Below are positions 34,834 through 44,552 of a stretch of DNA of 64,000 nt, one piece after another. This DNA is from Candidatus Cloacimonadales bacterium (lineage in GTDB: Bacteria; Cloacimonadota; Cloacimonadia; Cloacimonadales; JAIOQZ01), in assembly GCA_963665015.2 (NCBI GenBank), contig CAXXSY010000003.1:64373-128372 (forward strand), in the 5' to 3' direction. How positions within the stretch are numbered: position 1 is the stretch's first letter; the number at the start of each line of letters is the position of its first letter. The position numbers were made by a program, and so were the translations under genes. The notes below the pieces were generated by a model. The model was not told the DNA's origin, did not search any database, and saw nothing but the letters and a program-made list of their open reading frames with translations.

Positions 34834-36911
34834 TACTTAATCAACTCTTCCCGCTCCAGATAGAACGCATCATACTGCTCTCTCACCGTCTGATTCTCCG
34901 GTTTTTCGAGCTTCGGGTCGCTACTGACGAGGTCGAATGCGTCCTTGCGAGCCAGCTTGAGCCACTCCTGATGGCGTAAGAGATTCGCGTGGCGGAAATC
35001 GGGCATGCCGGACTGCCGCGTGCCAAAGAAGTCGCCCGGACCGCGCAGGTCGAGATCCTTCTCGGCGATATCGAATCCGTCGTTGGTCTTTGCCATGGTG
35101 GAGATGCGCTCCCAGCCGTTGTGCGAGATGGGCGGGTAGTAGATCAGGTAACACGAAGACTGCTCCGCGCCGCGCCCGACCCTGCCTCGTAGCTGATGCA
35201 ACTGGCTCAACCCGAAGCGCTCGGCGTGCTCGATCACCATCATGGTCGCGTTGGGGACGTCGATGCCCACCTCGATCACGGTCGTCGCCACCAGGATCGA
35301 AAATTCCTTCTGCTTGAACGCGTGCATGATCTCGTCCTTCTCGCGAGACTTCATCCTGCCGTGCAAGAGCGCCGACGCGTACTCGGGAAAGATGTTCTCC
35401 GAGACATCCTTGTAGAGCGTCTCCGAATCGAGCAGATAGCTCTTCTCCGATTCCTCCACCAGCGGGCAAACCAGATACGCCTGACGCCCCTTCCGCAGCT
35501 CCTTGCGCATCTCGTTGTATATCTGAAACTTGTGCTCCTGGTTCTTGTGCACGGTGTGGATCGGCTTGCGTCCGGGCGGCATCTCATCGATCACGCTGAC
35601 ATCGAGGTCGCCGAACGCGGTCATGGCCAGCGAACGCGGGATGGGTGTGGCGGACATGTGCAAGAGGTTCGGTCTCTCGCCTTTCTCGCTGAGCAGCGCG
35701 CGCTGTCGAACGCCGAAGCGGTGTTGCTCGTCGATGCAGATAAAGCCGATGTTGTGGAATCGCACCTTCTTCTGGATCAGCGCGTGCGTTCCGAAGACGA
35801 GGTCGATCTCGCCGGCCGCGATTTTCTCGAGCGTCGCTTTCTTGCCCTTGTAGTTACCGCCCTTTAGCAGCGCGATACGTAGTTCCGGCTGGTTTTCGAG
35901 CAGATTCGTCGCGCTGTGGAAGTGCTGTTCGGCAAGGATTTCGGTGGGAGCCATGAGCACTGCCTGATAGCCGTTCTCGACCGCCAGCAGCATGGCGAAG
36001 AGGGTCACGATGGTCTTGCCCGAGCCGACGTCGCCTTGCAGGAGCCGGTTCATCTGACTGGTCGATTCCATGTCATGAACAATCTCGCGGATCACCCGTT
36101 GCTGCGCCTTGGTGAGCCGGAACGGAAGGATGTTTTTAAGCTGCGTGGTAAAGGTTTTCTGCACGGGTAGCGAAACGCCGGTCGGGTTTTTCTTCCGCTC
36201 GCCATAGACACGTGCCAGAAGCAGTTGATGGTAGAAGAATTCCTCGTAGATAAACCGCTGCCTGACCTTCTCGATGTCGGTCTCCGGCACCGGGAAGTGC
36301 ATCTTCTCGAGCGCCGCTTTTCGAGGCGGGAAATCGTAGTGTTGAAGGATGTGTTCCGGTAGGGTTTCCGGGATGTAGGCGTGGAATTTCTGAAACGCGG
36401 CGACCACCAGCTTGCGCATGATGGTGACGGTAAGCTTGTCGGTCAGCGGGTAGATGGGCAGGATGAGCCGGTTTTTCCAGAAGTCGTCGGGTGCGTCCTC
36501 CGCGTCGAGGATTTCGAATTCGGGATGGATGATCTGCGGCATGCCGTGATATCCGCTCACCATTCCCGAAACCCAGATGGACGCGCCCTCTTCGAGCTGC
36601 TCCGTCAGCCACTTGCCGTAGCGAAACCACGTACACATCAGCACCGCTTCGCCATCGGTTACCGAGACGTTGAGCTGCCGCTTGCCGCGTGATGTGCGAT
36701 GCTCGTCGATCGCCTGAACCTTGCCGATGATCGCGCTCTGCCGATCGATCTCGAGGTCTCCGACCCGCAGCATGGTCTTGCGATTGATGTAGGCGCGTGG
36801 AAAGCTCTCGATAAGATCGCCGATCGTGTGGATATTCAGTTTGGCCAGCAGGTGGGCACGGTGTTCACCGACACCCGAAAGATACTGTACTTCCACACTC
36901 CAGGGGTTCAT
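34830..36911 (-). CDS. recG: ATP-dependent DNA helicase RecG
   Basis: N-terminal wedge/OB region, LQGDVGSGKT Walker A, DEQHRFG, and a C-terminal helicase domain with QLHQLRGRVGRG. Confidence 0.92.
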   Translation of the reverse strand: MNPWSVEVQYLSGVGEHRAHLLAKLNIHTIGDLIESFPRAYINRKTMLRVGDLEIDRQSAIIGKVQAIDEHRTSRGKRQLNVSVTDGEAVLMCTWFRYGKWLTEQLEEGASIWVSGMVSGYHGMPQIIHPEFEILDAEDAPDDFWKNRLILPIYPLTDKLTVTIMRKLVVAAFQKFHAYIPETLPEHILQHYDFPPRKAALEKMHFPVPETDIEKVRQRFIYEEFFYHQLLLARVYGERKKNPTGVSLPVQKTFTTQLKNILPFRLTKAQQRVIREIVHDMESTSQMNRLLQGDVGSGKTIVTLFAMLLAVENGYQAVLMAPTEILAEQHFHSATNLLENQPELRIALLKGGNYKGKKATLEKIAAGEIDLVFGTHALIQKKVRFHNIGFICIDEQHRFGVRQRALLSEKGERPNLLHMSATPIPRSLAMTAFGDLDVSVIDEMPPGRKPIHTVHKNQEHKFQIYNEMRKELRKGRQAYLVCPLVEESEKSYLLDSETLYKDVSENIFPEYASALLHGRMKSREKDEIMHAFKQKEFSILVATTVIEVGIDVPNATMMVIEHAERFGLSQLHQLRGRVGRGAEQSSCYLIYYPPISHNGWERISTMAKTNDGFDIAEKDLDLRGPGDFFGTRQSGMPDFRHANLLRHQEWLKLARKDAFDLVSSDPKLEKPENQTVREQYDAFYLEREELIKY

Positions 36912-36917
36912 ACGACG

Positions 36918-39749
36918 TTAATAGACTTCGACGCCCACCGTCGCGCGATACTCGTGCATCCAGTCGTCGAATTTCTTGCGCAGAAGCGCTTCCTTGAAGC
37001 TTTGCAGGTCTCTTTCGATGCTGTCCCGATCGGCCTGATGGGCATTCTCGACGCGATAGATCAGGTAGTTGTCGTCCTCGAGCTGGATGGGGTAACTGTA
37101 TTCTCCGTTCGCCTTCTTCACCGCATCCGCAAGGATATATTCGGAATACTCAATCCCGGGGATTTCTCCATCGACGGTAAGGTCGTGCGCCATCTTCCAT
37201 TCGCCCAGGAATACGAGCTGCGACGCGTTGCTTTCGCCACTGCGGAGCCGCTGGATGAGCAGATTCAGGAACTCCTTGCGATTCTTGCGACGGGTCTCTT
37301 CCTCGTACATCGCGTGAATCTGCGGCAGCGATTCTTCATAGGATACCTGCTTTCCGGGCAGCTTTCGGCGCATGAAGATCACGGAATAGCCGTTGCGATT
37401 CTTGACGACACTGGTGTATTTCTCGTTTTTATAGAGCTGCATGATGCGCTGCCGGAAGTCTTCGATGCTGCCGAAAGGTTCGAATTCATCGTTGATCGAC
37501 TGCAAGGCCGTCTCGTGGACATAATTGCTATCCGCGAGGGTCAGCACGTCGGCAAAATAGTTCGCGTTGTCGAAAACGAACCGCGCCTTGTCGTAGGCGA
37601 GGCTGTCCGCCTTGCGAAGCTCCAGCTTCCGGGATATTTCGCCGAAAACCTCTTCCAGCTTCGCCGCGCCTGCCGGTTTCTGAGCTGTTTTCATCACCAT
37701 CAGCCATCCGCCATCCACAAAGACCGGATTCGACACCTCCCCGCGATAGATATCCTCCAGCGCGTCGCGCATCTCGACGGGAAGCTCGTCCAGATAGGCG
37801 CTGCCGGACATCGGAACCTTGTACTCCGTTCCGAGAAGCTCTTGTAGTAATTCGAGATTCTTCTCACGATTGGCGTAGCGATAGAGCAGATCGACGTATT
37901 TCCGGCGCGTGCCGTCCGAATCGGGCAGGAAAAACGCTTCGTACGTCACCCGCGGCGACATATAGAATTCCTTCTTGTGCTTCTCGAAATATGTTGTCAC
38001 CTCGTCGTCCGTCACATACACCGAATCGGTCTCGATCGGATAGAACACCCCGCCGATGCTCAGACTGTCCGGCGTCATGAAATAGGTCTGATTGCGATTG
38101 TAGAAGAGGCGATAGGCGGATGTGTCGGCAGGCACCAGTTCCTCGCTCATCCGCGGGAGCTGATTCTTCACCTGTTCGTAGGATGGAATGTACTCGGGGA
38201 AGACCGAATCGACGCGATAGATCACCAGACGATTGCGGTAGGTCACCACACCACTGGCAGCGTTATCGCTCCGTTCTATGGCATAGGCGATATAGTTATC
38301 GATCGGTTCGAGGTTCTCCAACCGGTCGAGGAACACGATCGTCCTGTCCATGTCGAAGCGGTATTCGACTTGCAGCGCCTTCAAGGTACGGTCGTCGTGG
38401 AGAACGGGCAGCACGTTGCCGCGGATTTCTTCCAGCCGCTCCTGGATCGCCTGGTCCTGCAATTTGGTCAAAATCGTCTCACGGGCATCCGTGAATGACA
38501 TGGTTCTACCGCTGCGGTTGAATTCCTGCCGGTTCGAACGGTAGTATTGACGCACCGCCGCTTCCGGGATATCGATCAGAGCACGATACTTCTCCGGATC
38601 GATCACGATGCGCGTCACGTACGCAGCCGGAACGACGAAACGATCGATATTCTTGTAGTAGTAATCGAGGAAATCACCCGAATACTGCATGGCTCGGGCA
38701 TCCTCGACATAGTCTTTCCACACGCGTTCGCCCACTTCCGGGGTTAGTTCGCTGTGCGGTTCCTCCATATCCAGAACGCGGAAAAACAGGTATCCGAAAC
38801 CGATGTCGAACAGCTCCGAAACGCTTTTCTCGCGCAGCTCGAACGCCCGTGCCAGAATCCGTTTCGCCTGATCAAACCCGCCGATCGTGCTCGAGTACTC
38901 GAGATAGTCTGTCAGCACCGGTGAGATGGCCACAGGTTCGTTATCCTTCACTGATTGCCGGATACTCTCCAGCGAATCCTGCACCATGCCATGCCGCGCC
39001 TGGTGCGTCAGAACGGCGGTGAGGCTGTCTCGCACCTCGTCGAAAGGCCGCACGGATGCCAGCGGCATATAGAGCTGCATCAAAGCCGATTCCGAGACCT
39101 TCGCCGGCAGCTCGATTTCATCGTCCGGAAGGGCATACAACTCCAGCCGCACCCTTTTCGGCGACCGGTATCGCTGGAAGTGCTTCTGGTAAAACGCCAT
39201 CGCGCCCTCCAGCGTACAGCTCTGCGGGACGTCGAGGAGCTCACCTTCGATGGTGATATAACCGATGTCGAATTGAAAATTACTGGTCACGAACTGATCG
39301 CGGATCATCGCGTCCGTCAGCTCGAAACTCTCCTCGATGATCGAGCGGGTCTTGCTCAGCAGCAAGTCCTTGTACAGGTCCTGCCAGACCTTCTTGACGC
39401 GTGGGTTTCTCAGGAGCCGCTTGAATTTGAAATAGCTGAAAGCGCCGTTTTCCTGAAACTGCGGGTGGTCGCCGTATTCGTTGATGAAATAAGCCTCGAC
39501 CTCGCTGCTATCGACGATGATGCCGTATTCGCCGGCGAAACTGGTCATCAACGCTTCCTCGATGAGATTGTCCAGCGCCTGACGACGAAGCGCGTAGTAG
39601 GTGCTCGGCGTTCGCTGCAAGTCGAAGAGGTAGTCGATCTCCTCTTCCAGACGGGTTTCGGTGATGTACTGCTCTCCAACCCGGGCTACGACCTGCGCGT
39701 TCAGGCACAGCGTTCCCAGAAGAATCAAGGCGACGAATATCTTTCGCAT
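36918..39749 (-). CDS. very large SurA/PpiD-like periplasmic chaperone-type protein
   Basis: Start at the ATG at 39749 (MRKIFVALILLGTLCLNA signal). The N-terminal VVARVGEQYITETRLEEEI resembles a SurA N-terminal domain. It is 943 aa and I see no clear parvulin motif. Confidence 0.4.
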   Translation of the reverse strand: MRKIFVALILLGTLCLNAQVVARVGEQYITETRLEEEIDYLFDLQRTPSTYYALRRQALDNLIEEALMTSFAGEYGIIVDSSEVEAYFINEYGDHPQFQENGAFSYFKFKRLLRNPRVKKVWQDLYKDLLLSKTRSIIEESFELTDAMIRDQFVTSNFQFDIGYITIEGELLDVPQSCTLEGAMAFYQKHFQRYRSPKRVRLELYALPDDEIELPAKVSESALMQLYMPLASVRPFDEVRDSLTAVLTHQARHGMVQDSLESIRQSVKDNEPVAISPVLTDYLEYSSTIGGFDQAKRILARAFELREKSVSELFDIGFGYLFFRVLDMEEPHSELTPEVGERVWKDYVEDARAMQYSGDFLDYYYKNIDRFVVPAAYVTRIVIDPEKYRALIDIPEAAVRQYYRSNRQEFNRSGRTMSFTDARETILTKLQDQAIQERLEEIRGNVLPVLHDDRTLKALQVEYRFDMDRTIVFLDRLENLEPIDNYIAYAIERSDNAASGVVTYRNRLVIYRVDSVFPEYIPSYEQVKNQLPRMSEELVPADTSAYRLFYNRNQTYFMTPDSLSIGGVFYPIETDSVYVTDDEVTTYFEKHKKEFYMSPRVTYEAFFLPDSDGTRRKYVDLLYRYANREKNLELLQELLGTEYKVPMSGSAYLDELPVEMRDALEDIYRGEVSNPVFVDGGWLMVMKTAQKPAGAAKLEEVFGEISRKLELRKADSLAYDKARFVFDNANYFADVLTLADSNYVHETALQSINDEFEPFGSIEDFRQRIMQLYKNEKYTSVVKNRNGYSVIFMRRKLPGKQVSYEESLPQIHAMYEEETRRKNRKEFLNLLIQRLRSGESNASQLVFLGEWKMAHDLTVDGEIPGIEYSEYILADAVKKANGEYSYPIQLEDDNYLIYRVENAHQADRDSIERDLQSFKEALLRKKFDDWMHEYRATVGVEVY

Positions 39750-39750
39750 A

Positions 39751-41286
39751 CTATTCCCACTCGATGGTTGCGGGCGGCTTGGAACTGATGTCATAGACCA
39801 CCCGGTTGACTCCCTGAACCTCGTTGATAATACGGTTCGAGACGCGCTTGAGGAAATTGTAAGGCAATTCCGTCCAGTCGGCGGTCATACCATCCGAGCT
39901 ACCGACCGCACGCAAGGCGCAAACATTCTCGTAGGTACGCTCATCGCCCATCACGCCGACTGACTGCACCGGCAGCAGCACCGCAAACGCCTGCCACGTC
40001 GTATGATACAAGTCCTGCTCCCACAGCTCGCCAATAAAGATCGCATCGATCTTTTGCAGGATATCGACCTTGCACTGCGTGACATCGCCGATGATGCGAA
40101 TCGCCAGACCGGGTCCGGGGAAGGGATGCCGCTCGACCAGCTTCGAAGGCAGACCGAGCTCCCTGCCGACCTCGCGAACCTCGTCCTTGAAGAGCTCCCG
40201 AAGCGGCTCGACCAGCTTCAGGTTCATCTTCTCGGGCAGTCCGCCCACGTTGTGGTGCGACTTGATCGTCGCGGACGGTCCCTTGAACGAAACGCTCTCG
40301 ATCAGATCGGGATAGAGCGTTCCCTGCGCCAGATAGTGCGCATCGGGATGCTTTACCGACTCCCGTTCGAAGATTTCGATGAACGTGTTGCCGATGATCT
40401 TGCGCTTCTTCTCGGGGTCCGACACGCCCTCCAGACGACGCAGAAACTCCTCGCCCGCGTCGATAACGATCAGCTCCATGCCGAACGCCTCCCGGAACGC
40501 TTCTTCAACCTCCCGCGCCTCGTTCATGCGCAGGAGTCCCGTATCGACCAGGATCGGGATCAGGTTGTCGCCGATTGCCTTGTGCAGCAGCGCGCCGACG
40601 ACCGAGGAATCGACCCCGCCGCTCAGACCGAGGATTACCTTGTCCTCGCCGACCTGCCTCCGGATCGCGTCGATGGACGCGTCGATAAACGACTCCGGGG
40701 TCCAGTCGTGCGAGAATCCGGCGATCTCGCAGAAATTCTTCAGCATTTCATAGCCATGCGTGGTGTTGGTCACCTCGGGATGAAACTGCAAAGCGTACAT
40801 CGGCTTCTCGTCGTGCGCGATGGCGGCGTAGGGCGAATTCTCGCTCCACGCGATGCGATGGAATCCCCAGGGGAGCTCCTTCACCGCGTCGCCGTGGCTC
40901 ATCCAGACATCCTCGAATTGCGATAGCCCCTTGAACAGCGATTCGTGGTTCTCGACGTGTATCCGCGCATAACCGTATTCCTTTTTATCGGAGCGAATCA
41001 CGGTTCCTCCGAGCGTGTGGGTCATGAGCTGCATACCATAGCAGACACCCAGGATCGGGACATGCAGATCGAAGATGCGCTCGTCCGGAATCGGCGCACC
41101 CGGCGCGTTGACGCTGGACGGGCTTCCGGAGAGGATCAGGGCTCTCGGCGATTTGGCGACAATCTCGTCGTAAGAGGTATTGTAGGGCACGATTTCGGAG
41201 TAGATGTTCATGCGCCGGATCGTCTTGGCGATCAACTGCGTGTATTGGGAACCGAAATCGAGGATCAATGCGAGTTCATGCTTCAT
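39751..41286 (-). CDS. guaA: GMP synthase (glutamine-hydrolysing)
   Basis: GATase domain (GVCYGMQ), the ATP-PPase motif SGGVDSSV, and the C-terminal KPPATIEWE. Confidence 0.95.
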   Translation of the reverse strand: MKHELALILDFGSQYTQLIAKTIRRMNIYSEIVPYNTSYDEIVAKSPRALILSGSPSSVNAPGAPIPDERIFDLHVPILGVCYGMQLMTHTLGGTVIRSDKKEYGYARIHVENHESLFKGLSQFEDVWMSHGDAVKELPWGFHRIAWSENSPYAAIAHDEKPMYALQFHPEVTNTTHGYEMLKNFCEIAGFSHDWTPESFIDASIDAIRRQVGEDKVILGLSGGVDSSVVGALLHKAIGDNLIPILVDTGLLRMNEAREVEEAFREAFGMELIVIDAGEEFLRRLEGVSDPEKKRKIIGNTFIEIFERESVKHPDAHYLAQGTLYPDLIESVSFKGPSATIKSHHNVGGLPEKMNLKLVEPLRELFKDEVREVGRELGLPSKLVERHPFPGPGLAIRIIGDVTQCKVDILQKIDAIFIGELWEQDLYHTTWQAFAVLLPVQSVGVMGDERTYENVCALRAVGSSDGMTADWTELPYNFLKRVSNRIINEVQGVNRVVYDISSKPPATIEWE

Positions 41287-41298
41287 GTTGGCTCCAGA

Positions 41299-41877
41299 TC
41301 ATTTCTCGGGTTTTTCACGTGTGAAGCGGATCGTCTGATCTTTGAAGAGAAATTCCAGGTTAATGTTTCGGACCGGTACCTTCTGGAAGAAGACGAAACC
41401 GGACTTGGTCGCCTTGGGGCTTATATCGCCGAAATGAAACGACTGCGACATGAGCTTCTGACGGGCATCCAACTGATCCGAATACCACTCCTGTTCCTCC
41501 CGGAGGGTCACCGGCGTGTCGGAAAAATGCCGCAACGAGGGCGATTCGTCAATCAGTAGGTGGATAATCTCGTCGGTGGATACCGGATCGTATTGTCTCC
41601 GGTTCTGATCGAGCAGCACGACATCTTTGGCCAGGACGCTGATCGTGCGATGCGTCTTGTTCTCGACCTGCACCTCGAACGCCGTGTAGTAATCGGAAAG
41701 GTTATCCGGCTTGTACGACCAGTAGGAAGGACGCACGGCTATCGAATACACCGGCGTCTCGATGTACCCGATGTCGTTATGGACATGCACATGTTCGTCC
41801 CCTATGGGAAGGTAACCCGGTGTGCACGCCGTGACGGCTATCGCCAGAAGAAATAGTACGATCCACTTCGTTTTCAT
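41299..41877 (-). CDS. hypothetical lipoprotein
   Basis: The start at 41877 gives MKTKWIVLFLLAIAVTAC (lipobox). No recognised domain. Confidence 0.5.
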   Translation of the reverse strand: MKTKWIVLFLLAIAVTACTPGYLPIGDEHVHVHNDIGYIETPVYSIAVRPSYWSYKPDNLSDYYTAFEVQVENKTHRTISVLAKDVVLLDQNRRQYDPVSTDEIIHLLIDESPSLRHFSDTPVTLREEQEWYSDQLDARQKLMSQSFHFGDISPKATKSGFVFFQKVPVRNINLEFLFKDQTIRFTREKPEK

Positions 41878-42004
41878 CGTTTTTTCCATGAAGAACGATA
41901 ATCGCAGCCGCGTCATTGCGTCAAGACGAATATTTACGGATCGGGGATATCCTTAAAACAAATGAACCCCCCGCCCACCCGGTGAGCGAGGGCATCAAAT
42001 GTCA

Positions 42005-44254
42005 CTATTTCAGTATCATGACCTTGCGGGTCTGGTCGATGTTGTCGGCGGTCATGCGGATGAAGTAGATTCCGGACGGAAGACCTTCCGCGTCCCAGGT
42101 GAGGGTGTTGTCGCCCTTCTTGCCGTTCGGCGTCAGTTCTTCCACCTTGCGGCCCCTGATGTCGAACATGGTGAATCTCGCCCTGCCATCCTGTTTCAAC
42201 GAATAGCTGATCGTGGTCACCGGATTGAACGGATTGGGATAGACACCGCTGAACTCGGTCAGATACGTGACGACCGGCGGCTCATTGAATCCGCCCTCTT
42301 CGGCGATGGTCACCGAGACGGGACCGAACAGGGTCGAGGAGCCGTTCAGCTCCACGCTCTCCAGCCAGTAGTTGTACGTGGAATTCTTCGTCACATCTTC
42401 GTCGATATATCGGTAGCTTGCGCCGTCGGAGGCGTTTTCTCCTGGGATAAGCTGAAGGTTGACACGCATCGCGTCGTCGAGAACGTCGTTGTCCGCGCGC
42501 AGCAGGTTGTAACCCGCGATATCGCACTCGGACTGGGTCGCCCACTCGATCTTCGCAAAATTTTGCGAGGTGACGGTCGCGGAGAAGCTGGACAGCTCGA
42601 CCGGCAGGGTGGAGCCGTCGCCCTCGTTCATCACGAATTCCTCGCCGCCGTCGCGGAGCGGAGAATCGAAGGTCCAGGTGAAGGTCGCGGTCTGATCGAC
42701 GTAGTTCCACACCACGCCGGGGACAGCTACCCATACCCCGCCGTTGTTCCAGACCAGTTCGTCCGGCTCGAAGGGCAGTCCGTCGAAGTGCAGCACGATT
42801 TCCACAGGCTGGATCGTGCCGGTGACGGTCACTTCGTAGGTAAGGCATGCGTTGACGGGAATCATGACATCGCCGTTGCCGACGGTGACCACGACATCCA
42901 CCGCGATCGCCGCGCCGACTTCTTCCGGGTCGATATCCACGTCCGGATCAACCACCACCGCGCCGCCGCCGTTGTAGTCGTACGGATCGAGCGGCTCGAC
43001 AGCCACGGGCAGCGGATCGTCGTCCGCCGGGGTGCCGTTCGCTGTGCCGGTGCCGGGAATTGGAGCTTGAAAAATGTATGCAGAGCCATAACCATCATCC
43101 CATGCGCCAGCAATTGCATACTCACTATTGATAGAAACAGACCAGCCAAAATAATCTAGTTCAGCTCCATCACTCGCTATCAATTTAACTTCCTGAGCCC
43201 ATGCTATTCCTTCTCTCCGATATATATATGCCGAACCGGAATTAGAACCGAGGGTATCATCAAGATATGCACCCACAATTGCATCTTCACCAGAGATAGA
43301 TACTGAAATACCAAAACAGTCACTTTCCGCTCCATCATTGGCCACCAGTTTTGTTTGCTGAGTCCATGTTGAACCTTCTCGATGGAAAATATATGCTGAG
43401 CCGGAGCTTGCACCAAGATCACCATCACCAGGTACTCCAATAATTACATCATCACCACAAATTGATACTGATCTGCCGAAATAATCGCATTCTACGCCAT
43501 CATCTGATTTCAATTTGGCTTGTTGAGACCATATTGTACTTTCTTTATAGAATATATATGCCGAACCACTCATGTTTCCTAAATCATCATCATTTGCAGC
43601 ACCAATAACCGCATAATCACCATCGATTGAAACAGACCATCCAAACGTGTTACCCAAACCTCCATCATCGGCTGTAAGTTTTTCATAATGATTCCATTCT
43701 GTTCCTTCTCGATGATAAACGTATGCTGAACCGGATGAGAAGTTTAAATCGTCATCCCCATAGGCACCCACAATCGCATAATCACCTGATATAGATACGG
43801 AATAACCGAACCTGTCTTCCTCGGCGCCATCATATGCAATTAGTTTTACTTGTTGATTCCATGATGAACCATCTCTTTGGAATATATAGGCCGAGCCTGA
43901 ATTGTTACCAAAATCGTTGTCACCATACGCACCAACTATCACGAAATCTCCAGAAATTGAGACAGAAAAACCAAATATATTGTTCGCCGCTCCATCGTTA
44001 GCAGTCAATTTTGCTTGTTGTGTCCAGCCTACAATATCACGATGGAAAATATATGCAGAACCAGAATTATTACCCAAGTCATCATCACAATAAGCCCCAA
44101 CAACCATATAATCACCTGAGATCGAAACCGAATAACCGAATCGATCATTTGATCCCCCATCACTCGCGAGGAGCTTCTGGATTTCGTTCCATTCCGCGTG
44201 GATCGTGGTTACCGTGAAGATGGTAATAAGCAGGATAAAAAGTGCCTTTTTCAT
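42005..44254 (-). CDS. FG-GAP-like beta-propeller repeat protein with T9SS C-terminal sorting domain
   Basis: Signal peptide MKKALFILLITIFTVTTIHA. About 7-8 tandem ~50-aa units (D.FG.SVSISGDY.IVGA..DD....SGSAYIF.R.G..W.Q..KL.A.DG). The C-terminus is VYPNPFNPVTTISY...GIYFIRM...VMILK. Confidence 0.75.
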   Translation of the reverse strand: MKKALFILLITIFTVTTIHAEWNEIQKLLASDGGSNDRFGYSVSISGDYMVVGAYCDDDLGNNSGSAYIFHRDIVGWTQQAKLTANDGAANNIFGFSVSISGDFVIVGAYGDNDFGNNSGSAYIFQRDGSSWNQQVKLIAYDGAEEDRFGYSVSISGDYAIVGAYGDDDLNFSSGSAYVYHREGTEWNHYEKLTADDGGLGNTFGWSVSIDGDYAVIGAANDDDLGNMSGSAYIFYKESTIWSQQAKLKSDDGVECDYFGRSVSICGDDVIIGVPGDGDLGASSGSAYIFHREGSTWTQQTKLVANDGAESDCFGISVSISGEDAIVGAYLDDTLGSNSGSAYIYRREGIAWAQEVKLIASDGAELDYFGWSVSINSEYAIAGAWDDGYGSAYIFQAPIPGTGTANGTPADDDPLPVAVEPLDPYDYNGGGAVVVDPDVDIDPEEVGAAIAVDVVVTVGNGDVMIPVNACLTYEVTVTGTIQPVEIVLHFDGLPFEPDELVWNNGGVWVAVPGVVWNYVDQTATFTWTFDSPLRDGGEEFVMNEGDGSTLPVELSSFSATVTSQNFAKIEWATQSECDIAGYNLLRADNDVLDDAMRVNLQLIPGENASDGASYRYIDEDVTKNSTYNYWLESVELNGSSTLFGPVSVTIAEEGGFNEPPVVTYLTEFSGVYPNPFNPVTTISYSLKQDGRARFTMFDIRGRKVEELTPNGKKGDNTLTWDAEGLPSGIYFIRMTADNIDQTRKVMILK

Positions 44255-44552
44255 GATCGTACTCCTTTCCATTTTTCATGGATATGATGGTGGATGTCAT
44301 GCCGGCATCGTTTTCAGCCGGATTTGATTTCGTTGATCATGTTTGGAGGGAATACCAGTTGTCACCCCGGCAGCCGGTATATCTAACCGATATAAATGAA
44401 TGATATGCGATGGAATTAATTTTTGTCAAGCGGTATTTTGCGAATTATTTAATAAAATGTGTCGAATGTGGAAACGAATTTCTCACCGACTACGAATCAT
44501 TCAACCGTGAAGAGAAAGAAAATACGAAGGACGTCCGCGTCCCGGCAATATC

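Noticed and set aside
44527-44545. The hairpin ggacg-tccg-cgtcc after the Eis-like gene, as a second IS target or an empty site.
   Set aside because: It only resembles the IS-flanking 14-mer and there are no IS ends nearby. It is more simply a short terminator-like stem followed by a T-rich run on the - strand.
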